From positions 47,558 to 67,557 of the forward strand of contig JAPEUG010000049.1 of assembly GCA_026025795.1 (NCBI GenBank): 20,000 nt of DNA. The letters run 5' to 3'. The translations under genes were made by a program, and so were the position numbers. The notes under the pieces are model-generated. The model did no database searches and was not told where the DNA came from. It saw nothing but the letters and a program-made list of their open reading frames with translations. Source of the stretch: Thelocarpon superellum (lineage: Eukaryota). Positions 1-11,965 of the stretch are shown here, piece by piece. Each line of letters starts with the position of its first letter. The stretch's first letter is position 1.

Positions 1-2
1 GC

Positions 3-819
3 TTGAAGCTCGCCGAGGAAGAGCAAAAGATCCTCAAGGAGGATCCCAACGGCGCCATTCAAAACATCGGCATTCTCAATGCCCTCCGCACCGCCAGCGA
101 GATCGATGTGCCCCGCGCCTCTACCGCACTCAAGCCCCGCAATCCGAAACGGACCAAGATCGACACGGATGTGGCCATCGAGTCACCCGCACCCTCGCCC
201 AGCATCGCCTCCACGGCGAGTCACCCCCGTCTCAAGGGCTCCGTCGGCCGCAGCGGGTCGGTATCGTCGATCGCCAAGGACGGCAAGGACACGGCGGTCA
301 AGATCGAAGAGGGTCTAAACGCCAGCGGCGTCGAAGGCGTCAAAGGTACCTCGGCCGAGAAGGCCGGCTTGCTGGTCAAGAATGCCGAGGTGGCGTATAA
401 GCAGAGCAAGGTGAAGGATTTCGAGGGCGAGTGGATCCAATGTATCATCATTTCCGTGACCGGGGAAGGAAAACAGAAGCGGTAGGTCTCACTGCACGCA
501 CGCTTCCTCCTCCTCCGTGCTCATGCGTGGCAGGTACGAGGTCCAGGATCCTGAACCCGACGAGAATGGCGCGCCAGGGAGGATCTACAAGACCACGGCG
601 TCCACGCTCATCCCCGTCCCGCCGGCGGGGGCGTCGCTGCCTGACTTTCCCAAGGGCAAGCAGGTCCTGGCCAAGTACCCCGAGACCACCACCTTCTACC
701 GCGCCGAGGTGATGGGCATGAAGCGCGAGAGCTATCGCCTACGCTTTGAGGGGGAAGACGAGATTGGAAAGGAACAAGATGTAGATAGACGATACGTCTT
801 GGACTACGGCGCCAAATGA
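3..819 (+). CDS. SGF29: SAGA complex subunit Sgf29 (tandem Tudor, H3K4me reader), 5'-truncated by the window edge; exons <3..481, 534..819
   Basis: Intron 482..533 (GTAGGT...GCTCAT...CAG) joins the two ORFs in frame. The spliced protein has Sgf29 Tudor motifs EWIQCII, RYEVQDPEPD, FPKGKQVLAKYPETTTFYRAEV and YRLRFEGE. Confidence 0.92.
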
Positions 820-1429
820 AGCACCGGCCCCGCTCCACCAGTGATCCTCATCCATGTCCTGCTGGCGGCGAGATGGTGATCTGGGCACGTCGTGGTAGGG
901 ACATCCGACATCGCACTGGCTCCCGTTCCCATCCCTCCATCCTTCCATTCATCCGGCTATCCGCCTACGAGCGCCAAGTGCCGAGTGCCAAGCGGGCCGG
1001 GAGTGAGTGGTGCACGGCGCTCGGTGCTCGGTGGCTCGCTTACATAAGCCCGCTTAAGGGGGTCCTGTGGTTTCGTTTCAGGCAAATTGCGGACTCGTGA
1101 TCTCGTCCTATCGAGAATTCGGATACACAAATCCGTGGACCGGAGCTTCCTCGCATCTCGTCTCCACACGCCGCCTCCTCTCCCCGGCTTCGTCGCAACC
1201 GCACCCACCACGTCCTGATCACGCGCCAGTCACTCCTTAGATCCCCATACCTCCCGCGCATCAGAGTCCTTCCTCTTCTCCCGCTACTCTCCATCAATCG
1301 AGCTCCATTGCCCCCCGATCTGCGCCGCACCCGATCAATTCGGCCCCCATCCCACCTCGAGCGGCGTACACGCACGCCGCGATCTCGTCGCCGCAAAGCC
1401 TCTTTGAGCGAGTGCGCACGGCCGCCGCT

Positions 1430-2237
<808 letters not shown>

Positions 2238-2637
2238 AGCCTCTTCTCCTTCCTGGTTCTTCTTCATTTTCAGCGCCCAGGCTCCGGTGTTACCGCGCCG
2301 GACTGTCTTCCTCGGTCGCTTTCCGCACATAGATATATCGCCCTGTGATGTCTCCGCGCCCCACGCAACTTGTATTCTAGACCTCCTAATACCCTCTTGT
2401 CCTGTCCTCGCTCACTCCACCGTTCCTCTCGCGTCGGCTGGCAACATCGCCGATATCCTCCGTCGACGATGCCGCTCTCTGAAGGATGTATGCTCGGATC
2501 TTGGCGTGTACGATATCTGTTCGAGCTAGATTCGGTTGCGTGGAGCCCGATGTGGCGCGGCGTGCGGCCCATGTGGCGAAAGGGCTGCCTGTGTTGGGCG
2601 TCCATACCGATCTGCCAGTAGTCTGACGCGATACTTC

Positions 2638-3307
2638 TCACACCTTGCGGTACGCCTCACGCAGATCCCAACCGTCCAAGCCCCCGACGGGAACTTCCCC
2701 CACCACTCGCGCCGGCCGTCCTCCGACCACGGAGAAACTTGGCACCACCATGCCCGGCGGTACGACACTGCCATCCAGCACCTTGACGTAATCCTTCAAG
2801 ATGGCAAAGCGACCGATCACCGCCCCACGTCCCACGTGCACATAGCTGCCGAGCACCGCGGCCTCGACCACGGCATCCGCGCCAATAAAAACATGCTCGC
2901 CGATCTTCAGCGGGTAATACGCGTAGGCTCCACGTTGCAGCTTGCTCGGGGGGCGCAACAAGGCCGACGTCGCCAGGTAGGAGTAGCGGCCGATGGAGAG
3001 CGCGATGTTGGAACTACTGCTGCTGCCGCCACCACCGCTGCCGGTAGCACCACCCGCCGCCCCGGACGTGGCGGTCGCGGGCGCGGCGGTACGATGCAAG
3101 TCGCCACGGATGGCGCACTCGGCTTGTATTACCGTCTTCCCGCCCAGGATGATGTTTTGCGTGCCCTGGAGCTGCGAACGACGCGAGATCTTGTTCCCCG
3201 TCTCCTGTTCGGGACATCAGCTGCATCTCTGTGACGTCGACGGCCATGTGACTCGGGAGGGCCCTCACCGTCTCTATATATTCGCCCTTGACATTCTTGG
3301 GCGGCAT
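2638..3307 (-). CDS. DCTN5: Dynactin subunit 5 (p25; left-handed beta-helix); exons 3307..3269, 3204..2638
   Basis: Intron 3268..3205 (GTGAGG...GCTGAT...CAG). Protein [49 protein letters not shown]...YYPLKIGEHVFIG...LKDYVKVLDGSVVPPGMVVPSFSVVGGRPA matches p25 hexapeptide-repeat motifs. Confidence 0.93.
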
Positions 3308-4315
3308 GTTGGCGGGTCGATAGAATGGCCAGACTGCCCTGCGGCCGAGGCCTGGTGGGAAGAGTGCATTCGGCGAAGCCAGTCCATCGCCCATTTCTAG
3401 TGATCGCGCGGAGGTCAATCTACGGTTCCAAAGGCGGTGTGGAGGGGCAGAATCAACGGCGATCCGCCACACAGGAGACGCGTGAACCACCGAGTATGTC
3501 GAGTCGTTGACCGGTGGGGATGAATATTGATTGATAACAATGAAGATTAGTAATTGATCGCAGAGCCTGAGACAATATCTTCAACTATGGCCCAACTCTC
3601 AATAGATTCACTGCAGTTTTCAGAAAGCTCTGCTACGATCGCCAAGGACCACGCACAGGGTGGGTTAATCCCACTGCTCACGCATGCTCTCCGCAACATT
3701 GTTCTTCAAGGCGGTGACTCTCCCTCCACCCAGAGTCGTTCGCGGTATGACCAGCTGAGCCAGGCAGGCAGAAAGATATCAAGAATACGTCAAACTGCAT
3801 CTCCGCCGCTCACTTTGAGCGGGGTCGAGTCCGGCATTGCCATAGTTGTGCCCCTGCTCCAACGCGTAGAATAGAGGGGCGGCTTGGGGCCCGGAGAGCC
3901 AAGCGAGCGAGGTAGACTCCCACAGGCAGACTGCATGGTGCGCCCGCTAGCCCCAGGCAGCAGTCATGGTCCGCCCGGCCAGGCTCAGGATCGTGCACGC
4001 ATCACCTCCTGTGACGGGCTCTTGCTCGGTGGGGACCGTGCTTGACGGTCGATGGGTGCGCTCTCGAGGAAGATGAGGTGACCTCCGTCGTTTATCATCT
4101 CATCTCGCCCCTCTCGTCTCCTCTCTCTCCATCACGGCCGTGTTCCACTTTCCCTTTGGATTCAGAGAGGGCCAGGTCTCACGCACCTTCTCCCACGATG
4201 ATGATACGTAACATCTGAGCGTTATAGCCCAGACGGACAAGCACCGTGAAGATACCGGTAGCTATCCATCCATCGTCCTCGTGTCCGAGGCTACGAGAGC
4301 CTGCGCGTTTCGACG

Positions 4316-5539
4316 ATGGAGATGGAAATCCAGCGACAGCGTCGGCATTCGGGGCGATGCTTCAATCTTGGAGACCTACCGTTGGATATCTTTCATATGG
4401 TTTGCGATCGGCTAGACGAGGACGATCCTCCGAGCGTGCGAATCTTGCGTGAGGCGGAAGTTACATCGGATAAGATCCGATGTGAGTCCAATCCGCTCAA
4501 GAATCTCTCGTGCGTCTCCAAGATGTGGCGCGCGCTCGTCCTCCCCCATCTCTTCAAATACACGCGCCTGGAGGTGCGGTGGTCGACGCGCCAGTGCGCA
4601 CAGTACTACGTCTACCACCGCGCCCAGTCTCTGCTTCGCTTCCTCGAGGCGAACGACTTGAAGGGTGAGGTCGGGAGCCTGGTCATCTACTGCTCGCATT
4701 CGCCGTCGTCGCCGCCGTATGAAAGCAAGGGGGTGTACAGCGGCTTGAGCTCGAGCCAATTCTTCGCCCGGTCGCTGTGGTGGCATCTCTTTCCCGCCCT
4801 CAATCCGCCGCGCATCACCCTGGTGGGACCACCGGTGCTACTGTCTGATCTCGCTGGCGTCGGGCCGGCAATGGACGTGAGACAGTATGTGATCGTCCCC
4901 CCGGCGATAGAGGGGAAGGTCTTCTTCGTCCTCTGTCTGGAGCAGTCGGATCGGGGTCCCCTAGAGAGCGACTCTTCCTTTGGTTTCGACACGGCCGTGG
5001 GTTTGCTCTACGCGGGTCGATGGACTAGGCTCTCTTTGAACGAGGGCACCACGTGGGGTCCACCGAAACACCGAATCTATTACCAATTCGCCAGCCCGAC
5101 GTCGAGGTCCTTGCTCGAGCTACTGGAATTTCGCATGGCCATCTCCGAGCTCCGATCCGTGAGCTACACAAGCGTGTACCCCCTCAGCCGCGTCGCCATA
5201 GCCCTCGCCTCGTTCGCCAACCGCTGTATTCGCCTCGAGACGCTGGAGGTTCGATTCACAGCCAACGGCATGAAGCTGGATGTTGCACCAGAGGTCGCCA
5301 ACGCTGGCATGTCCCTCGACCCGCTGAAATTTGCAAGGGAGGCGTTAAGCGCCGACGTATGTTCCACGCTCGCCACCAGGGTGCCTGGTCGATCGCCCCT
5401 GACCTTGATCTGCCACGATGTGCAAGAAGGTGGCCTACTAGAGAATCTGGACGAGGATCTCGAGAGTAGTCTCGTGGGCTGGACTCGAGAACGCCAGGGC
5501 GTGTGGGTGTCGGGTGACCCACCCGGCGCAGATGACTGA
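4316..5539 (+). CDS. Putative F-box domain protein (407 aa, single ORF; start uncertain)
   Basis: Long uninterrupted ORF. The N-terminal LGDLPLDIFHMVCDRL...LKNLSCVSKMWRALVLPHLF resembles a fungal F-box motif split by an insertion. The C-terminal region is not recognised. Confidence 0.7.
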   Translation: MEMEIQRQRRHSGRCFNLGDLPLDIFHMVCDRLDEDDPPSVRILREAEVTSDKIRCESNPLKNLSCVSKMWRALVLPHLFKYTRLEVRWSTRQCAQYYVYHRAQSLLRFLEANDLKGEVGSLVIYCSHSPSSPPYESKGVYSGLSSSQFFARSLWWHLFPALNPPRITLVGPPVLLSDLAGVGPAMDVRQYVIVPPAIEGKVFFVLCLEQSDRGPLESDSSFGFDTAVGLLYAGRWTRLSLNEGTTWGPPKHRIYYQFASPTSRSLLELLEFRMAISELRSVSYTSVYPLSRVAIALASFANRCIRLETLEVRFTANGMKLDVAPEVANAGMSLDPLKFAREALSADVCSTLATRVPGRSPLTLICHDVQEGGLLENLDEDLESSLVGWTRERQGVWVSGDPPGADD

Positions 5540-5708
5540 GCGCACGACGAGGGAGCTTACGTGTTCACACGTCTACTCCACCACCCCTCCGCATCGAGCC
5601 TGTCAGTTGGGGCTGCATGACGGATCAAGGACGGTCTTGGAGCGTTGGAGAATTGGTGTTACAAAGGCCGTTGCCCAGCACGAGTCGCTAGTCGCTCGTG
5701 CCTCATCG

Positions 5709-7322
5709 CTAGTCCACTCTCCTTTCCCGACCCCAGACCTCATCCGCATCCCGCTTGCCCTTGGTCTCGGGCACCAACCACCAGACAAAGGCGAAGAAGA
5801 AGGCGGCCAGGCCTGCAAACACATAGTAAACCCGTCCTCGACCGAGAGCCGTGTTGAGCACGGGGAAGAACTGGGCGACCAGGAAGGTGGCGGACCAGTT
5901 GGCCACCAGGGCCCAGCTCTGGGTCGCGCCAACAGCCTCCTGGCCTACCAGTTCACTCGCTAGGATGAACGGCACCGGACCCAGTCCGACGGCAAACGAG
6001 GCGACAAACAGCACGGTGGCGATGGCGGAGAGGATGGGAATGGCGAGGAAGATGGAGATGGCGAGGAGCAACGCGTTCAACCCCATGCCGGCGATGGACA
6101 GGAGGAGACAGACCTTCCGGCCGAGACGGTCCGCCAACGGCGCACAGATGATCGTCGTCACCAGGTTCATGGCCGAGACGAAGACGGTTAGGAGGGCAGA
6201 GGTGGTGGGAAGGAGCTCGGACAGCAGATCGACCGAGTACATGACGATGCTGTTGATCCCGCAGAGCTGCTGCGCCAGCATGACCCCGACCACGGCGATG
6301 ATGGCCGGGCGGTAGAGGGGGATGCGGAGGACGTCGAGGACGCCCACGTGGCCGGTAGCGGCAGAGGCGCTGTCCATGTTCTCGCTCCCCCGACGCGACG
6401 TGCCCGGCTGCGGGGCTAAGAGGGCCTCTTCTTCGACTGCGGCGAATCAGCATGTGTTCCCCTAGCGCACAGGGTCAGTCCACTCACTTGGATCATCTCC
6501 AGTCGCTCCGATACCCCCTCCCCACGCTTGCACCTCCGCCTCAATATTGCCTCGCTCCCCACGAATCCTCTTCAAGAGACGCCGGGCCGCGAGCGCCTTG
6601 CCATGTGCGCCGAGCCACTGCGGGCTCTCCGACGCCCCGAAGAGGCCGAGGAACTGCGCGAAACCGATGAAGCCACCCACGGCGAGCACGATCCGCCAGA
6701 GCTGGCCTCGGCTCAGAAAGTAGCCCAGCAGCTGGGCGATCAAGATGCCGACGTTGATCATGACCTGGGTCAGGGCGCCGAAGAGACCTTTTCCGTCGGG
6801 TGGGGCGATCTCGGACACGTAGACGGGGACGATGACCAGGGCTGCGCCGGAGCCGATGCCCGACAGCACGCGACCCAGAGCAAGAACGGGGATGTTGGGC
6901 GCGAAGGCCTCGAACACGGGACCGAGGGTGTGGAAGACGGTGGTCAGTCGCATCGTCTGGAGACGTCCGTAACGGGTGGAACATGGTCCGGCGGCCAAGG
7001 CGCCCAGCACGCCGCCCAAGGTATAGATGGACGACACTAAGCCGAATTCCGCCGGGGTCATGGAAATGCACTGCGGCAAGAAGGAGAGTCCATAGGTCAC
7101 AATCTCCCTCTTCTTGCACGTAATGACGGCTTGGGGGGCGTTGAGCTCAGCCTGAGCATCGCGACGTCAGTGGACGAGCGTGAACTGGGCAGTCATGTGT
7201 GGGCCACCGACCAAATGGTAGCCAAACTGCAGTGGCCCGGTCGTGGCGACCAGGACGAGAAAGAGGAGATATGCCGTGATGCCCTTCGTCGTGGTGTCGC
7301 CGCTGTCCCTCCGAGTGACCAT
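5709..7322 (-). CDS. MFS sugar-porter family transporter (resembles vacuolar Vps73/YBR241C-type); exons 7322..7212, 7151..6488, 6436..5709
   Basis: Introns 7211..7152 (GTCGGT...CTGAC...CAG) and 6487..6437 (GTGAGT...CTGAT...CAG) keep the frame. Motifs include GPLQFGYHLAELNAPQ, RYGR, GRVLSGIGSG, VPVYVSEIAP, ESPQWL, QQLCGINSIVMYS, DRLGRK, GLGPVPF and VPETKG. Confidence 0.92.
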
Positions 7323-7663
7323 TGTGGCCGCGGAGGGCGTGGCTAGGCCACGAGTTTCTGGACTTCAGCGTCCGTCTCTCGTCGCCGTGTCGCAATCGAG
7401 AATGATGCGGACGGAATCAGGTCATCATCGGCTTAGACTGCAGATCATATCGTCTCGTGTGCGAGGGACGTTGTCTCAGGCACATCGGCAGGACGATGGG
7501 GCACCATGGTGTAGTTCCTCCGTACGTTGGTGGTTGGTCCGTGAGCGGCGGCGGTGCCTGCAGCAAGGAACCAGGCTGTTGTGCCATGGGTGGCCAAGCC
7601 ACATTCCCGCCCACGCAGCTCCGTCGACGGCACCCCACAATCTATCTCCTTTTCGTAGAGCGG

Positions 7664-7679
7664 GCGAGCGAGCGAGCGA
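7664..7679 (+). repeat. (GCGA)4 microsatellite in the divergent MFS/SSN3 promoter
   Basis: gcgagcgagcgagcga read directly, flanked by degenerate copies. Confidence 0.7.
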
Positions 7680-7992
7680 GTGATCCATACAAGATCATTC
7701 GTTTTACACCGTGCCATTTACATCTCGACGAAGCCTCCCTGGGGCTCTTCCACTTCTTCCGTACTCCCGTCTCCCGCGCCGATGGCATGAGCGGCGGGCA
7801 AATCGCTCAGCTCAGCCCACGCGGCCTCTCCCTCTAGCCTCGGACCCCTCCACGGCTTCAGACCGGACCGATCGTACTCGGATTCATGCGGCTTGCGACT
7901 TAGGGCATGGCTAGGATGCGTGTCGACGTCGACGATTGGTATCCCACTCTGACATAAGCTCGCACGACTGCCGCCTGCCGCCCGCCGCCGCC

Positions 7993-9516
7993 ATGAGCTT
8001 GACCAACCCGCCGTCGGCGGCGGCCAGCGGGCCTCCGTCCGCGGGCAACAACACCTCCAAGGTCGCCGCGGCTTCTTCGGCGTCTACTCGCGACCTGAAG
8101 CGTAGCGTGCAGGCTGCCTTTGATGGTAGGTGCTCCTCTCTTACCTCGGCGTTTCGGCGTGCGCACCACCCTGCAATGTCGACGCCTGGCTGACCTCGGC
8201 GGCAGACCCTTACGACGGCAAGAAGATGCCGGGCAATGGCTACATGAGCAAGGTCCGGGTGAATGAGCGCTACAAGGTGATTGGATTCATCAGCAGTGGC
8301 ACCTATGGACGCGTGTACAAGGCCGTGGGCCGTAATGGGCAGACGGGGGAATTCGCGATCAAAAAGTGAGGCCCGTCCGCGGTGAGGGTGCACGTCGTGG
8401 CTTCGGTGCCGGCGTGGCTGTACCGGTGGCTGATGCTTGTCGCGACGCAGATTCAAGCCGGACAAAGAGGGCGAGGTGATTCAGTACACGGGCATCTCAC
8501 AGTCGGCGTGTCGGGAGATGGCGCTCTGTTCGGAGCTGTCGCATTGCAACATCATCCACCTGGTGGAAATCATCCTGGAAGACAAATGCATCTTCATGGT
8601 GTTTGAGTACGCCGAGTACGATCTCCTACAGATCATCCACCACCACACGCAGCCGACGCGACACCCGATCCCGGCGCCGACGGTCAAGAGCATGCTCTAT
8701 CAACTGCTCAATGGCCTGCTGTACCTGCACAGCAACTGGGTGCTCCACCGCGACTTGAAGCCGGCCAACATCATGGTGACGAGCAGCGGGGAGGTGAAGA
8801 TTGGGGATCTGGGGTTGGCGCGTCTGTTCTGGAAGCCGCTGCATTCGCTGTACAACGGCGACAAGGTGGTGGTGACGATCTGGTATCGGGCGCCGGAGCT
8901 GCTGCTGGGGAGCAAGCATTACACGCCGGCCGTGGATCTGTGGGCGGTGGGATGCATCTTTGCGGAGCTGCTGAGCCTTCGGCCCATCTTCAAGGGCGAG
9001 GAGGCGAAGATGGATAGCCACAAGAAGACGGTGCCCTTTCAGCGGCATCAGGTGCAAAAGATCGTGGATATTTTGGGCATGCCGACCAAGGACCGCTGGC
9101 CCAACCTGATCTCCCAGCCGGAGTACGGGCAACTGCAGGGGTTGAGTACGTCGGCCACGGCGCGGGCGTCGCTGGAGAGTTGGTACAAGTCCACACTGCA
9201 GAACAACCAGTACACCTCGTCCGACCCCGAGGCCTCGCCGGGTCCGGAGGGCTATCATCTGTTGGCCGGGCTGCTCGAGTACGATCCGGAGAAACGATTG
9301 ACTGCGAGCCAGGCCCTGCAACACCCATACTTCACGGCCAACGGCGACAAGGTCAGTGGCAATTGTTTTGAGGGGATGAAGATGGAGTATCCCAAGCGAC
9401 GAGTCAGTCAGGACGACAATGGCATTGGGACGGGAAGTCTGCCGGGGACCAAACGATCTGGGCTGCCTGATGATTCTATGGCTGGCCGGCCAACGAAGCG
9501 ACTCAAGGAGGGGTAG
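7993..9516 (+). CDS. SSN3: Mediator kinase Ssn3/Srb10/CDK8; exons 7993..8125, 8206..8365, 8451..9516
   Basis: Introns 8126..8205 and 8366..8450 (GT-AG with GCTGAC/GCTGAT branch sites). CDK8-specific motifs [53 protein letters not shown] and [17 protein letters not shown] are present. The first exon is less certain than the rest. Confidence 0.95.
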
Positions 9517-10476
9517 CACCGTGAGGGGGTCGGGAGACTGGTGATGATACGAGGGACTCGAGACGCGCTCAGCATGTTGCAGACGGCGTTGCATGGCGGG
9601 AGGCATGAGATGAGAAAGGGACTTGTCAGAAGATCATATTTGTGCGTATGGAGTTCGGCAAGAAGTGGAAAGCGAGCGAAGACCTATGCTCCTGGCGCAC
9701 CCCCGTTAGTCGAAGACCAACAATACCAAATGCTCCAGGAGTGAGATGCTCCCAAAATACGGATATCCTTAGCAAACTTCCATTTCTCAGATAGGTGTAG
9801 CCACCGCAAGGGCCTCTCTTGAGCCCTGATGCACCTCGTGAAGGCTGGACGAATTGCATATTCTTCGTTCTCTTGTGGCGTTGATCGCTGGTCCCCCAAC
9901 TATACGGTCGCGAGCTATGTGCGGGCCAGGTGGATCAAGCGAGGGGTGAGCGAGCCGAGGCATCGCGCCCCACGGAGCCGCTTAGCAGTCCCGTCCACCA
10001 GGGAAGGGAGATTCAGTGCAGGGGGGTTCTAGTTCTAGTAGAATCACGACAGACCCACTCTCAGTCGACGTCATTCGAGCGTGGGTAATCAATTGGCCCC
10101 AGGCTCTCTGCCGACTTTGTCCGTGATAACCACGGACGGCCGGAAAGGCTATTCACAGTATATAACAGGATGGTATCTCTGCTTCCATCGCGGAAGCTCG
10201 GTGACCCATACGTCATCGACCTCCAGATGCCGGAGTTGCACCAAGCCGGCTAGTGTCGTGATGCACGACCGAAAAATGCTTGATTGCCGTCGAGGACGCG
10301 GCGGATCTAGCAGCCTCGATGTCAGGCCGCTCGACTCTTTGCCCATATACGTAGGCGTCATTTCCTCCACGTCTCACCGTGTCTCGCTGTGTCTTTTGGG
10401 CCCGTGACCTCGTGCCAACAACCATCTCCATTTCCAACTCACCCCCGCATGTCAATCGCTTGCACACCCATCCACC

Positions 10477-11866
10477 ATGGCCAGCCCACGATATGAATCC
10501 GATGACGTCGACGTCTCGCCCTTGGGCCAGCCGTTGCCCTTTCCCTTCTCTGGACAAACGGCGAAGAACCGCTTCCTCAAGGCGGCCATGACGGAGCGTC
10601 TGTCGTCGTGGGACCCGCAGAAGCTCGAGGCGCGCGGAATCCCATCCAAGGGCCTCATCAACGCCTTCAAGCGATGGGGCGAGGGCGGATTCGGCGTGAT
10701 CCTGACCGGCAACACGATGATCGAGTACGACCAGCTGGAGGCCCCGGGCAACCCCATCATTCCACGAGGTGCCCCCTTTTCCGGCGAGCGATTCGAGGCC
10801 TTTGCCGAGCTGGCCCGCCAGTCCAAGAAGCATGGCTCCTTGATCATCTCGCAGATCAGCCATCCCGGCCGACAGGTACAAGACGCCGTGCAGCCGGATC
10901 CCGTCAGCGCGTCGGATGTGCGGTTGGAAGGTACGCTGGTGAGGGACGGGCCTGGACTTTGACCCTGCTAACTAGACAGGCAACGTGATGGGCATGACCT
11001 TTGCCAAACCCCACGCGGCCACGTCGGAAGAGATCAAGAACATCATCGAAGGATTTGCCCACGCGGCCGAGTATCTGCACCGGGCCGGATATGACGGCAT
11101 CGAGCTGCACGGCGCGCACGGGTACCTCCTCTCGCAGTTCCTCTCGCCCACCACGAACCAGCGAACGGACCAATACGGCGGGTCGCTGGCGAACCGATCA
11201 CGGCTCATCATGGAGATCGCGCAAGCAATCCGAGAACGCGTGCCGCAGAGCTTCATCCTCTCGATCAAGATCAACTCGGTCGAGTTCCAAGACAAGGGCT
11301 TCAACCCGGAGGAATGCCGCGAGCTGTGCCGCGAACTCGAAGCTAACCGGTTCGACTTCGTCGAACTCTCAGGCGGCACGTACGAATCGCTCGCCTTTGC
11401 GCACAAGCGCGAATCGACTAAAAAGCGCGAGGCTTTCTTCCTCGACTTTGCCGAGACCATCGCGCCCGCGCTCAAGGAGACCAAAATCTACATCACTGGC
11501 GGCTTCAAGACGGCCGGCGCGATGGTGCACGCGCTGCAGACCGTGCACGGTGTCGGGCTCGCGCGGCCGTCCACGCTCGAGCCAAGCTTCCCCAATGATA
11601 TCTTGGCGGGGACCGTGACAGGCGCCATCAAGCAGCGCCTGGACGAGAACAACTTTGGCTTGACCAACGTCGCGGCGGGCACGCAGATTCGCCAACTTGC
11701 ACGAGACCAGCAGCCGGTCGATCTGTCGAACGAGGAGAATGTGAAGGGATTCATGGACGATATGGGTAAATGGGGTGAGGCAATGGGTAAGGACAAGGAG
11801 CATAAGATGTATGGATATGTGGATTTGTCCGCCCAGCCGGTGCCTTACCGAGTGGCTACGTCGTAG
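10477..11866 (+). CDS. NADH:flavin oxidoreductase (Old Yellow Enzyme family); exons 10477..10930, 10980..11866
   Basis: Intron 10931..10979 (GTACGC...GCTAAC...CAG). Motifs include KNRFLKAAMTE, QISHPGRQ, AGYDGIELHGAHGYLLSQFLSPTTNQRTDQYGGSLANRSR and DFVELSGGTYE. Confidence 0.94.
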
Positions 11867-11965
11867 CTTGACGCTGCGTTAGACTTAATATAGAAGACGA
11901 AGAGAAGACGAGAAGATGGAAGAAGATGGGAAGATAATGGGACGGACAGGTTGGATCTTAGCGGA

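Noticed and set aside
2990..3090. Gly/Ser/Ala-rich stretch in DCTN5 as a possible intron
   Set aside because: It is in frame, has no convincing splice signals, and is best read as a low-complexity loop.
3308..3394. In-frame upstream ATG that would add 29 aa to DCTN5
   Set aside because: Recognisable p25 sequence begins at MPPK...GEYIET. Nothing shows the upstream ATG is transcribed.
3554..3874. 106-aa ORF between DCTN5 and the F-box gene
   Set aside because: It has no recognisable motif or codon bias and is probably promoter sequence.
8626..9606. 326-aa antisense ORF over SSN3, and similar shadows over ARF6, DCTN5, MFS, OYE and DCG1
   Set aside because: These are shadow ORFs of GC-rich coding sequence.
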